A stretch of DNA of 33,789 nucleotides. Source: Sphaeroforma arctica JP610 (lineage: Eukaryota). The stretch is taken from the NCBI RefSeq assembly GCF_001186125.1, contig NW_014040488.1, forward strand, positions 139,304-173,092. Reading direction: 5' to 3'. A program made the translations under genes and the position numbers. This document shows positions 1 to 14,363 of the stretch, piece by piece. The notes beneath the pieces were generated by a model that worked only from the letters and a program-made list of their open reading frames with translations, was not told where the DNA came from and searched no databases. The first letter of the stretch is position 1; each line of letters begins with the position of its first letter.

Positions 1-14
1 ATAGATACATAGAT

Positions 15-57
<43 letters not shown>

Positions 58-131
58 ATATATATATATACATATACATATATACATATATACCTACATA
101 CATACATATATATATATTTATATATATATAA
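1..131. repeat. (CA)n/(TA)n/(TACA)n microsatellite
   Basis: Seen directly in the sequence. Confidence 0.9.
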
Positions 132-207
132 TGGCCCATTTACACAAACAGATATATAAGGAACACGTTTCGCGTGTAATCGTTATTTGCATATTTATAT
201 TATACTC

Positions 208-1154
208 TCATCGAACGATAACGGTTCCATTTCCGTATGTGTCTTCCTCGCCCGGGCCCGTTTTGTCGGGGAGAATGATTACAGTGTACAGACATGGGAG
301 TTCAAATACATCTCGGATGATGCGCAGAGAAGCACGTCCGCAGATGAGGTTCTTGCTAACGGGATGCACCAGTCGAATGCTTCGTATCTGACAATAAAGA
401 GTATATGCATATGAGCTTTTGACTGTGATTGTAAGATCGTCCTATTGAATGCGAGTGACGTCTCATGTGTGCGCTTGAGCAATGAGCTACACTAGACAAG
501 GTAGGTAATTGCGAGTGTGCATTAAGGAAAATTTATAAATGCAGATGAAAAGAATTACGTGGACAGCTTCATTCGGCTCTATGTATATAATTGCAACTGC
601 TATTTACACAGCTCTGCCGGTTGTAACAGGAGCGACCCCACTCGAACAACAGTCATCCTATCCGCTGATAGGCGGGGCTTCACACTAAACACGGAATACC
701 CAGAGCTTCCCAGACCTCATAGCCAGTGTGGATGCACCCCTTATTGTTACACACTGCATACTCACTAGACATATGGAATGTTCCGATCGCTACGGAGCTC
801 TGCTAGTCGTGCGCAATGTACATTTACGACAGCACAGCCTTTTAAATGCGACACGCACTGCGCTGACCAGACCAGCCGGTGTCAATTGAAGGGGGTCGCC
901 AAACAACTCATGATAACTAAACCAAAGCTATGGCTCAGATCAGTGGTTCATATGATATCCCTTTCGAGATATACGACGTCAGGTGGCAGAGCATGTATGC
1001 CACAGTATGACCACATATATGTATACACTCACATATATATACACACAAAGATCGGCAAATAAGTGAGAGAGCGGACAAGGAAGAATGTATACGTATTCAA
1101 TATGTATATGATCATGTGTTAATGTATGCAAACGTATGTCGTCGCTTACACATA

Positions 1155-1188
<34 letters not shown>

Positions 1189-4100
1189 AAGACAAAGCAT
1201 ACATATTCACAGAGAACCATCTAGACCTTAAAACCCCTAAAACCCAGTCAAGTTTCTTACCACTTGATTCGGATGGAAGAACAGCGCCAATTTATTCGAC
1301 AACTCGCCAGCCAGCTCAACTATATCGTCACGGTGAAACAGCTGTGCAGATGATGTACGAGCAAAAATTGTATTGGTTTACATGACTGCGTTGGCTGTGA
1401 GAAACAAGGACAAACGCACACAGCTGAAGTGTGCGAAGGTGCTGCCAAGCGAGAGTCGCACAGTCGCAGGACTATAGGGCGAGAAGGTATGAATGAACAC
1501 CACAACAGATAGGCAGAGTGGGAACCTGGAAAACCGCCGAGTGTCTGCATAAGAGTGATAAACCCATGTGTGACTCATAGGCTATTGAAATACTCCTCAT
1601 AAGACTATTCATATACTTCGATCGCGAAGGGTTAAGTAGAGAGTCGGATATGAGCTGAGAAATGAAAAGTGGAGAAAAAGATAGATAAGGCTGTGGGCCA
1701 TGGGCTGGTACTGTGAGATGAGTGTTATCCTGAACTCCCCATCATTTTCATCTCAATGGATTGGCACTCATTGCATCCGCGCAGCGTACAAGAATAACTG
1801 AAACACCACTCGGTGAACATACACACACACGAATATAACAAACACACACAAATACGAATATGCCAAACACACACCAACACACACACAGGTCTAAAAGCTA
1901 TATAAAGCGAAACAGGACACCAGCTTGCCTTTATGAAGTTGAAGTCCAGGACCTCCTTGCGCGGCATGTTGAAGAGGTGACAGAACTGCTCGTTACACGC
2001 CACTAGGTCACCCAATCGCCTGAAGGCAAACGCAGGGGCACCTACGACATCAAACAGCTCCTGCACGCGCTTGACTTTCTTGACCAGAAACTCTTCCGAG
2101 AAGATCAGGTCTTTGTAATCGAGCGGGCCAATGATTTCCTGTTGGGCCGTTGTAGTTTGTGATTGTTTTAGGGGTCTTAGGGTTTTTAGGGTTTTGGTGT
2201 TTTAAGGTTTTATATGGTCTATGTGATAGTCGTGACAGGAAGGAATGGGTTCCATACTAATCCGTCATCGGGTCTTGCAATACGACACTTGACACGCATT
2301 CAAATCTTTCACTGCAATTAACACCGGGGGAAGGGTTCTTCATGTTCAACGCGTTTGGTCAACGTTTTGATTGTGTCTCGTCAATACGTCGCGAGACATG
2401 TCGTGGAGACACAATGAGGTCTGTGTAGTGGGCCATAGAGAGCCGGTGTGCTTGTGCAATGCTAGTGCGCAACGTGCTCACACTGATAACACTGATATAT
2501 CACTGATAGTTCGGTACATATATACGATGGTATCACATATAGTTTATGTGATAAACTATCAGACTTCTACGCAGCCCTGCCTTCCACCGACTGAGAGACC
2601 TTCTCGAACGCACACGCACACGCACCCACACCCACACCCACACCCACACCCACCACCACTTACAAAAAGAGAGGACATGCCCAGCTCTCGATGCTTGTCC
2701 AGCAGCTTACATTCCTCCAGCCCCAGTTGACCGACCAGATGAGCGCGGATTTCCTGCGACTTATCGACAAAGTCATAGACGCGGCCGTTGGTGTTGTTGT
2801 TGCCACGTGTTTTGCGCTTCTTCTGTGTGACACCCCCGGGTGTCATCTTTCCGTCGGCTATTGTTGTGGGTGGGTGGGGCAGGCGATTGAGCGAATACTA
2901 GTTGGTGGATAAGCGTTTAGGAGACTCTGTACTCTGCTAGGCATTGGCATGAGTATATACGTAATACGTACAAACACGGACAACGTACAGTGGAGACGAG
3001 AGTACATATATTGATGGCTTCGAAATGTAAATACGTAACACAATAAAAATAAGACATTTATACACATACATATGTATGCATGTACTCGTGGATTTCATTG
3101 TATGGAAGTATGCCGATGACCTCATGTACGTATTGCTATTTAAACGTAGACTATTACCTGTCACGTCCGAAGGATACAAACGATCAGATACATTTAATGA
3201 CAACGAACGGGGATATAGTTCTGAAGGCTTACCGGAAACCTCTCAACATGAGTTAAGTTCTATCAGCGCAAATGACAATACACAATCAAGACACTCACAG
3301 AATTGCTGAAAACACATCGCAACGTTGCGTAGGGGTGCCTAACACCAAAAGTATGAGCATACCGGAACTACACACATACACGTACACGTATACGTAAACA
3401 TCAGAGCACACATACAGTGTATAAGCATTCATCGAAACACATCACCATACAGCGGAACAACCTCCCATCGCCCATACCCGATCTGTCTAGGTTATACGGG
3501 GCTTCGGCAGACGGCTGTCGTTTTATTGGATTAGAATTTGGCCTGGAACCATCGCCTCCTTGATTGGGCGCTAGTGATTGTTGGTTGAGCCGCGGGGACG
3601 AAAGGCCCGGACCTGAAAAGCTCGCGAGAAACATTATATAAGTGAGATCGAGTGTGTGTGACGTGGGATAGACACACTTAATCATTATGAGACCAAGTGT
3701 GTGTGATGTAGGATATACACACTTAATCACTATATAAGGGAGACCGAGTATGTGTGATGTGGGATATACACACTTAATCATTATATAAGTGAGACCGAGT
3801 GTGTGTGATGTGGGATATACACACTTAATCACTATATAAGGGAGACCGAGTGTGTGTGATGTGGGATATACACACTTAATCATTATATAAGTGAGACCGA
3901 GTGTGTGCGGTGTGGGATATACACACTTAATCATTATATAATGGAGACCGAGTGTGTATGATGTGGGATATACACACTTAATCAGGATTGGTACGACGCA
4001 CAGTATGTATCGAATGAAATGGAGAGAGAAGTGGCACGTGTGAGCTTCTCCATAGCGTGCCGGAGTGTGTAGTGGAGAATTAAATATAGTAAGGAAATCG

Positions 4101-4934
4101 ACTCACGAGTTGGAGATGAAACACAACACAGCCAGCCAGGACATAGACGGGAACAGGTCATAATCCATCCATGCAAAAAAATATATATATATATAGTTTT
4201 TTTAGGACTGCCATTGGCAACAGGCCCTACAGGGAGTCCGACAAATGACTCCGATACGGAACAACAAACAGCACCAGCACGTGTACTGCGGCAAACACAA
4301 ACACAAACACAACACACGCAGAGGCAAAGTCTCATCCCCACACACGAGCACACCAACACACACGCACCTGTCATCATAGTCTGGTTTCTATTGATAGGGC
4401 CAAAGTCTCGGTTGGCTGCATTCGGGTCGAAGTTCCTGGGTGGCTGGTTCGGGTCAAAGTTCCTGGGGGGTTGGCTAGGATCGAAGTTGCGCGGTGTTTG
4501 GCTAGCATCGAAGCCACGTGGGGTTTCAAACACACGTGGGTGTGCCCCGGGATCAAACCCACGTGGAGACAGTATTTGTGGCGATAAGGGGACGGGTGTG
4601 TTGCTGCCGCTGCCATTGGGAAGTGTGCCTACGGGGTACATTGGCGATAGGAGCTGGTCACCAAGGTAACCGCCGGAGTGTGCGCCGAAAGTGTTGACCG
4701 ATGGAGGCCGGCTGTGACTAGCCTGTTAGTTGAGAAGGTCATGTGCATGAGGAGGTGGATGGAAATTAGTTCTCCTGTGGATTGGCGGGGTGCAAATGAG
4801 CAGAATAAAGGGATGTATACAATAGAACAGGACAGTTAATTGTATTAACATCTACTGTTGAGTATGATTTGAGTAAACGCAACAAGGAAACAGGGTCGAG
4901 ATAAGAAAAGATACAGACGAATACAGATATATGG

Positions 4935-5019
<85 letters not shown>

Positions 5020-5779
5020 NNNNNNNNNNNNNNNNNNNNNNNNNNNNNNNNNNNNNNNNNNNNNNNNNNNNNNNNNNNNNNNNNNNNNNNNNNNNNNNNN
5101 NNNNNNNNNNNNNNNNNNNNNNNNNNNNNNNNNNNNNNNNNNNNNNNNNNNNNNNNNNNNNNNNNNNNNNNNNNNNNNNNNNNNNNNNNNNNNNNNNNNN
5201 NNNNNNNNNNNNNNNNNNNNNNNNNNNNNNNNNNNNNNNNNNNNNNNNNNNNNNNNNNNNNNNNNNNNNNNNNNNNNNNNNNNNNNNNNNNNNNNNNNNN
5301 NNNNNNNNNNNNNNNNNNNNNNNNNNNNNNNNNNNNNNNNNNNNNNNNNNNNNNNNNNNNNNNNNNNNNNNNNNNNNNNNNNNNNNNNNNNNNNNNNNNN
5401 NNNNNNNNNNNNNNNNNNNNNNNNNNNNNNNNNNNNNNNNNNNNNNNNNNNNNNNNNNNNNNNNNNNNNNNNNNNNNNNNNNNNNNNNNNNNNNNNNNNN
5501 NNNNNNNNNNNNNNNNNNNNNNNNNNNNNNNNNNNNNNNNNNNNNNNNNNNNNNNNNNNNNNNNNNNNNNNNNNNNNNNNNNNNNNNNNNNNNNNNNNNN
5601 NNNNNNNNNNNNNNNNNNNNNNNNNNNNNNNNNNNNNNNNNNNNNNNNNNNNNNNNNNNNNNNNNNNNNNNNNNNNNNNNNNNNNNNNNNNNNNNNNNNN
5701 NNNNNNNNNNNNNNNNNNNNNNNNNNNNNNNNNNNNNNNNNNNNNNNNNNNNNNNNNNNNNNNACACACACACACACAC

Positions 5780-5837
<58 letters not shown>

Positions 5838-6719
5838 GGACTTGTGAAAACCGATGTGGCCCCTTACAAAAATGAGTGTATCTAGCTGATGAATGGAAGA
5901 AGACAGCTTTGTTTTTATATTGAGATACATACACACATGCGTTTGTGTTATACGTATTATATCTATATATGGCATTTATCATCCGATAGCAGTCCATCGT
6001 TGTGGTGGCTTCACCATAAGGGCGATTGTGTATAACGGACAATACCAGAAGACACTATTATATTTTGTACGAACTGGTTGTACATTACAATTGAATGAAT
6101 AAGTTGATCTGTCTATATCTATATGCCTTGGTAAACACATTGGGGTGCACTTATATTACTTGACAACACACGAACCCCTTTAACAGTAACAGCCTAATTC
6201 GAGGCTCTAGGTTTTCGAATGCAAGTGCCGCATCAACTAATAAATTGCAAACGACATACTACTTTGTATGATGTGATATCACTGCATATCGCTTACCGAA
6301 TACTGGTTAGGTACTGACAGTCCTGGCTCATTCAGGTAGTTATACGGCATCTCTCTCTGCGACATAAGACTCTGTCCCGTTGAGAATCCGTGGTTGTTGA
6401 AGTGGCCTGAGCCTGCATTCATCTGATTACCGCCCATCTGGTTGCCTTGGATAATTTGACCCGTATTTAAACCGGGCTGAGGGCTATGGCTCTGTAGCAT
6501 CGTGTTGTTCTGCTGTGGTTGTGGGCTGTGACTTTGTAACATACTGTTATTTTGCAGATTATTATTATTCTGTTGCAAATTAAAGTGCGCTGATTGTGGT
6601 AGATCACCTGGCTGTAGTGGTGATGGTCGTGGTGACTGTTGTGGTTGTTGTGGTTGTTGCGGTTGCTGAGGCCCGCCTAAGTAGGGGGACCTTCTTCCGT
6701 TCGAATTATCGTGATTCAT
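208..6719 (-). CDS. Q/N-rich protein with C-terminal Rds2/Ert1/AcuK-like PAS region; complement(join(208..387,1261..1341,1929..2138,2664..2857,3478..3612,4368..4722,6297..6719)), ~525 aa
   Basis: Seven exons join in frame (1578 nt) with AG acceptors and donors GTAAGC, GTGCGT, GTATGG, GTAAGT, GCAAGC, GTAAGA. The C-terminal part reads [15 protein letters not shown]...[47 protein letters not shown]...[13 protein letters not shown]...[18 protein letters not shown]. This parallels the recalled DLIFMEqcFqRtl..GTPT.v.RRTGEia.v..EF and KRDVFgIPmmIvgnFLP motifs of fungal Rds2/Ert1/AcuK. Extra exons in the 5020-5763 gap cannot be excluded. Confidence 0.8.
2607..2659. repeat. (CACCCA)n hexamer repeat next to the exon 4 donor
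   Basis: CACGCA/CACCCA tandem units. Confidence 0.8.
3632..3982. repeat. Intronic minisatellite, 51-bp unit x7
   Basis: Unit CATTATATAAGTGAGACCGAGTGTGTGTGATGTGGGATATACACACTTAAT; one copy has a 6-nt deletion. Confidence 0.95.
4400..4570 (-). repeat. Coding tandem repeat (PR[N/G]FD[P/A]xQx, ~27-nt unit)
   Basis: [58 protein letters not shown] in exon 2 of the PAS gene. Confidence 0.85.
4937..5838. repeat. (TA)n/(CA)n arrays flanking assembly gap 5020..5763
   Basis: Seen directly; lies in intron 1 of the PAS gene. Confidence 0.95.
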
Positions 6720-7914
6720 TTCGAAAATATACTTGTATGTTTTTGACGTATATGTTTCTTATGCTTAGCTTTACGAGAACGTACAGTCACGTGCAGGGTT
6801 TTTTGTTCGCCCATATGCAAGATAATATTCATTGATATGCGTGCAGAGGAACAGCCTCGTTCATTCACAGGGCATATGAAGTGATAGTCACTGCAGTCAT
6901 CACCGTGTGCACTATTTAATTAAATTTGATCAAACGTGGGCTGGGGCCGGCGGTGGTTCATCACTGCATCAGTAAACTAAACCGTTGTCGGTTAAATATA
7001 GTCGCTATTGTAAAAAAGCTAAATAAAATCATGGCTTTTATTTCTAAAAATCTCAAATTTAGTCATTGTATAGTGTCCTCTGGTGGTGTATATTTATATA
7101 AAGGGCGCCTATTCATATATAAAATACATTAATAGTCTTGTGGCCAGGCTTAAACTCGTGCATATATATATATCTGTCCGTCTATAAATTGAATTCTTTT
7201 TTCCCTCGTTCCTTCCTATTGATATCGCGTGAAAGGAATGAGATCGTCGGACGGTCTTGAGAACCACGTCATACCATAGTATGGGTCGACAAAGGTTGCA
7301 TACATTTGCAAACAGTGCGTGTTTTGTCGTACACCAGCAGCCTTAAGCCTCAATCACTGATTAAAACTCCTCTTTTCGAATATAATCCACGTTATGAAAA
7401 TAATTTGTTTCTATCGACTGACAAGTGGCTGCGCAGAGAGTATTCATGCAGTTGTGCGGCAGTACTACCACGTGCTGTGGTGTGCTCATAGTTGTACTTT
7501 GTGACGCAGGCTATGCAACACCCGAGATGTTGACTATTCCTGTACATGTCCGAACGTGTTTGTATTTAACATATCTCCAAATGGAAGTATATGTTATTGT
7601 CAATCATAAAAACTTAGGCTAGCCATATGATTCAACGCAACAATTGTCGATACTATGTTACAAAAAATCGAAGGACATTTGCGTGCTGTTGTGGTGATGG
7701 AGAACAAGCATGTGAAAATCTTTGACAAAATATTTATCTGTCGCGTACGTATGTTTCATTTCGGAGGCTGTGTACGACGCAGGTATAAGAGTTTCTTGTG
7801 GATATAAAACTTGAATATCCAGGGCGATTCGCAACTAATATATACTGCCATTAATTGAGGCATGAAATTTTGTATGTTTATTTACTTGTTATTCATATAT
7901 TGTTTAAAATTTAT

Positions 7915-10728
<2,814 letters not shown>

Positions 10729-12982
10729 AGTGTCAATTTACTAGGCGTTCAATTATGTGCTAGTGTTTGGTTCTCGTACCTTGTTTGGTTTTTAATAATG
10801 TGCAATGTCCTTTCCAGTGTATTTATATGCGTATGGCACGCGGATATAGGACTGTGAACACCAATGTCTTCCTCGTTATTATTTACAGGTCTTCCTCATT
10901 ATTACAAAGAAGTACGATACAAACATCCCTCTTACAAAAGAGCAAAATCACCTGCTGTATTAGCTGTAAATACTCTAGTAGAGATACATATTCACTGACA
11001 AAATTGTTGTTTTTTACTTCTGGATATTTCATTCTTCGAAAGTAGGAATAAGGAAAGTGGAAACTCTCTGTTGCTTATGAATTGTGTTTGCCATTGGTCG
11101 AGTGCTATACTCCTACTCTTGTTTTAGAAAAAAATCCGGGTCGAACTCACTCGAAGTCTCGAAGTCTCGAACTGTCGAACACGGAACACGCGCAAGAAGT
11201 TTTTAAAAACAAAAAAAAGTTGTGGGCAAAAAATACCAAATAGCGGAGGCCGGAGGGGTCAGAACTCAGAATCCAAAGAATTCCAGAAGAGAGCAAAAAG
11301 GAAATGTTTCTCCTCTTTCTATTGGGATAATTAATTTCCAAATAAGGGCATTTTGGCACTAGGCCGTAGTGTGGTGACTGGAGCCCTTAGTTCACTGGCG
11401 TTGTTCCGATTCGGTTTACTAATTTAGCCCATAAATAAATACATAGGGTGTTGATCAGTGTCAGACTGTCAGAGTCTCAGACTCACAGACGCACAGTGAT
11501 GAATTGCTGATTGATGGACTGAGGCTCATGGACTCATGAGTCATGGGCTCATCGCTGTAGGGAGTATGCAATATTTATTTATGTATAATGTATGTAAAAA
11601 ATAAATTCTGACTACATATGTAGTACATACTGGTAGTGACTAGTGAGTAAATAATTTTTAAAAAGAAAAGAAAAAATATGATCAGTGATCCTTGATAAAT
11701 ACAGTAAATAAATAAATATAGGAGAGTGTAATTTACATGATGTTTTTTTTAATTTAAATTTTTCGAAATACCCTGGGGACCTGGCTGGGCCTTGAGACTC
11801 TGAGGCTGAGCCCTGAATTAGAATACGTCCTTAATCCTAATCCTTGACTCCTAGTCTCCTGGTGTGAGTCCTGGACCTGAACCCTACCCCATGACTCCAT
11901 GAGGCATAAGGCAAGAGGCCTGCCGCCTGAGTCCTGAGAGGATGAAACCCCTGCAGGGCAGCAAGAGTTATTAAAACCCCTGTTACGATAAACTAAATAG
12001 TTAAAGTTTTTAACATATACCGATAGTAAATATTTATGTAAATATTTACCTGTGTACAATGTACATATTTACTTACAGCTTACATACGTTGTCCTACGGA
12101 CTTGTTCGTTCTCCCATAATTTCTACTTTTTCAGAGAGATGGTCATGAATTCATGATACGTTTGAATTTTATTTTATTTTTAAAAATGTAGTTAAACGCT
12201 TCATACTAAAACAGTGGGCTAAATAACTTGTTTCTTCTTTCTGGGGCTTCTGGGGTTTGTATCTGAGAAGTGATGTCTCACCTGATCCTTGTAGTCCTTA
12301 CATATTCGGCCGGGGTCTCATTTTTGGTTTTTGGTCCGGCTTGTAAGACTGGGTCTTATGTTTGGACTATTTCTAAAAAAACCCCCCAGAAGACTTGTCC
12401 GGCACTTTTAGAGTTATTAAGAACATTCTGTTTTTCATCGTATAAATAACTCCTTATTTATACTGAGACAGTGGGTTGTTCTTTGTTTTTTTTAAACGTT
12501 TTATACTGAGAGAGTGGGAAACAGGAAAAGTGGAAACAACCCAACCCGCTATTATGCCGATGTTCGGTCATGGAAAGGAAAGTGCCAGTTTTCAGTTCAA
12601 GCTTCAAAAAGCCTTTTCTCATACTTGAGAGAGTAGAGTGCACGACTGTTCAGGCCGTGCTCACTGCAGTCTAAACATGTTTAAAATCTTCCAGAAGGTG
12701 ACGTTTGTACTTTGTACGAAATCATCCACCTCATTATCCTAAAACATGATTTTTTTATATTAACTTACAAACCTGCGTTATCTGCCACATTCCCTAAAAG
12801 TCTATGTAGAAGGCTATTTATGTTCTGTGTTAATGATTAGTTTCGGTGAGACACAACCGAACCTTCTTCCTTTCGGCTGCTGTTTTCGAAAATCATATCA
12901 GACCCCCAGACATTCGACTGGAGAGGTAAATTTCGCTACACACACAGTACACGTCATCAAACAGTGTTCGACTACGAGCGCC

Positions 12983-13272
12983 ATGAAAGCGACTCATGGT
13001 GATATAGATGTGGCTGCAGTACGCCGAGATACAAAGGGCTGCTCTACTACAGTCCAGACAAATGAAGGGAGGAAAAAAATAACGGAAGAAATGGGCAGGG
13101 CAGGGGCAGGGCAGGGGGAGCAAATATCAAAGCCCATGGTCTTCTTCAATAATGCTGGCTCATCTCTACCACCGGATGTTGTGAGTAAGAGAATGATTAA
13201 GCATCTCCAAAGGGAAGCAGAAATTGGTATGGTTTTGATGTCATTGAAAATTTATCTCATTAGACCATCCAT

Positions 13273-13352
<80 letters not shown>

Positions 13353-14314
13353 TTTNTGTTGTGTGTTNTATATATTATTATTATATATAGTNTATATATA
13401 TATATANNNNNNNNNNNNNNNNNNNNNNNNNNNNNNNNNNNNNNNNNNNNNNNNNNNNNNNNNNNNNNNNNNNNNNNNNNNNNNNNNNNNNNNNNNNNNN
13501 NNNNNNNNNNNNNNNNNNNNNNNNNNNNNNNNNNNNNNNNNNNNNNNNNNNNNNNNNNNNNNNNNNNNNNNNNNNNNNNNNNNNNNNNNNNNNNNNNNNN
13601 NNNNNNNNNNNNNNNNNNNNNNNNNNNNNNNNNNNNNNNNNNNNNNNNNNNNNNNNNNNNNNNNNNNNNNNNNNNNNNNNNNNNNNNNNNNNNNNNNNNN
13701 NNNNNNNNNNNNNNNNNNNNNNNNNNNNNNNNNNNNNNNNNNNNNNNNNNNNNNNNNNNNNNNNNNNNNNNNNNNNNNNNNNNNNNNNNNNNNNNNNNNN
13801 NNNNNNNNNNNNNNNNNNNNNNNNNNNNNNNNNNNNNNNNNNNNNNNNNNNNNNNNNNNNNNNNNNNNNNNNNNNNNNNNNNNNNNNNNNNNNNNNNNNN
13901 NNNNNNNNNNNNNNNNNNNNNNNNNNNNNNNNNNNNNNNNNNNNNNNNNNNNNNNNNNNNNNNNNNNNNNNNNNNNNNNNNNNNNNNNNNNNNNNNNNNN
14001 NNNNNNNNNNNNNNNNNNNNNNNNNNNNNNNNNNNNNNNNNNNNNNNNNNNNNNNNNNNNNNNNNNNNNNNNNNNNNNNNNNNNNNNNNNNNNNNNNNNN
14101 NNNNNNNNNNNNNNNNNNNNNNNNNNNNNNNNNNNNNNNNNNNNNNNNNNNNNNNNNNNNNNNNNNNNNNNNNNNNNNNNNNNNNNNNNNNNNNNNNNNN
14201 NNNNNNNNNNNNNNNNNNNNNNNNNNNNNNNNNNNNNNNNNNNNNNNNNNNNNNNNNNNNATATATTATATTATTAATTATAGTATATATATATATTATT
14301 ATTATTATATATAC

Positions 14315-14363
<49 letters not shown>

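Noticed and set aside
2705..2710. Alternative GTAAGC donor inside exon 4 of the PAS gene
   Set aside because: It is phase 1 and incompatible with the phase-0 exon at 2138; the GTAAGT donor at 2663 keeps the frame and the spacing expected from fungal homologues.
3401..3934. 177-aa ORF with [13 protein letters not shown] repeats
   Set aside because: It is a translation of the 51-bp minisatellite; only 3478-3612 is a real exon.
3632..3982. CRISPR-like appearance of this array and of 22144-22586
   Set aside because: Head-to-tail units with no unique spacers, no cas genes, and a location inside eukaryotic introns.
4766..6042. Long ORFs with YIYI/X runs (also near 8324-8720, 13294-14492, 25773-27185, 31842-32167)
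   Set aside because: Artefacts of stop-free (TA)n microsatellites and N gaps.
12300..12410. TAAGAC-TGG-GTCTTA hairpin reminiscent of Tc1/pogo-type MITE ends
   Set aside because: No matching second terminal repeat, target-site duplication or transposase found.
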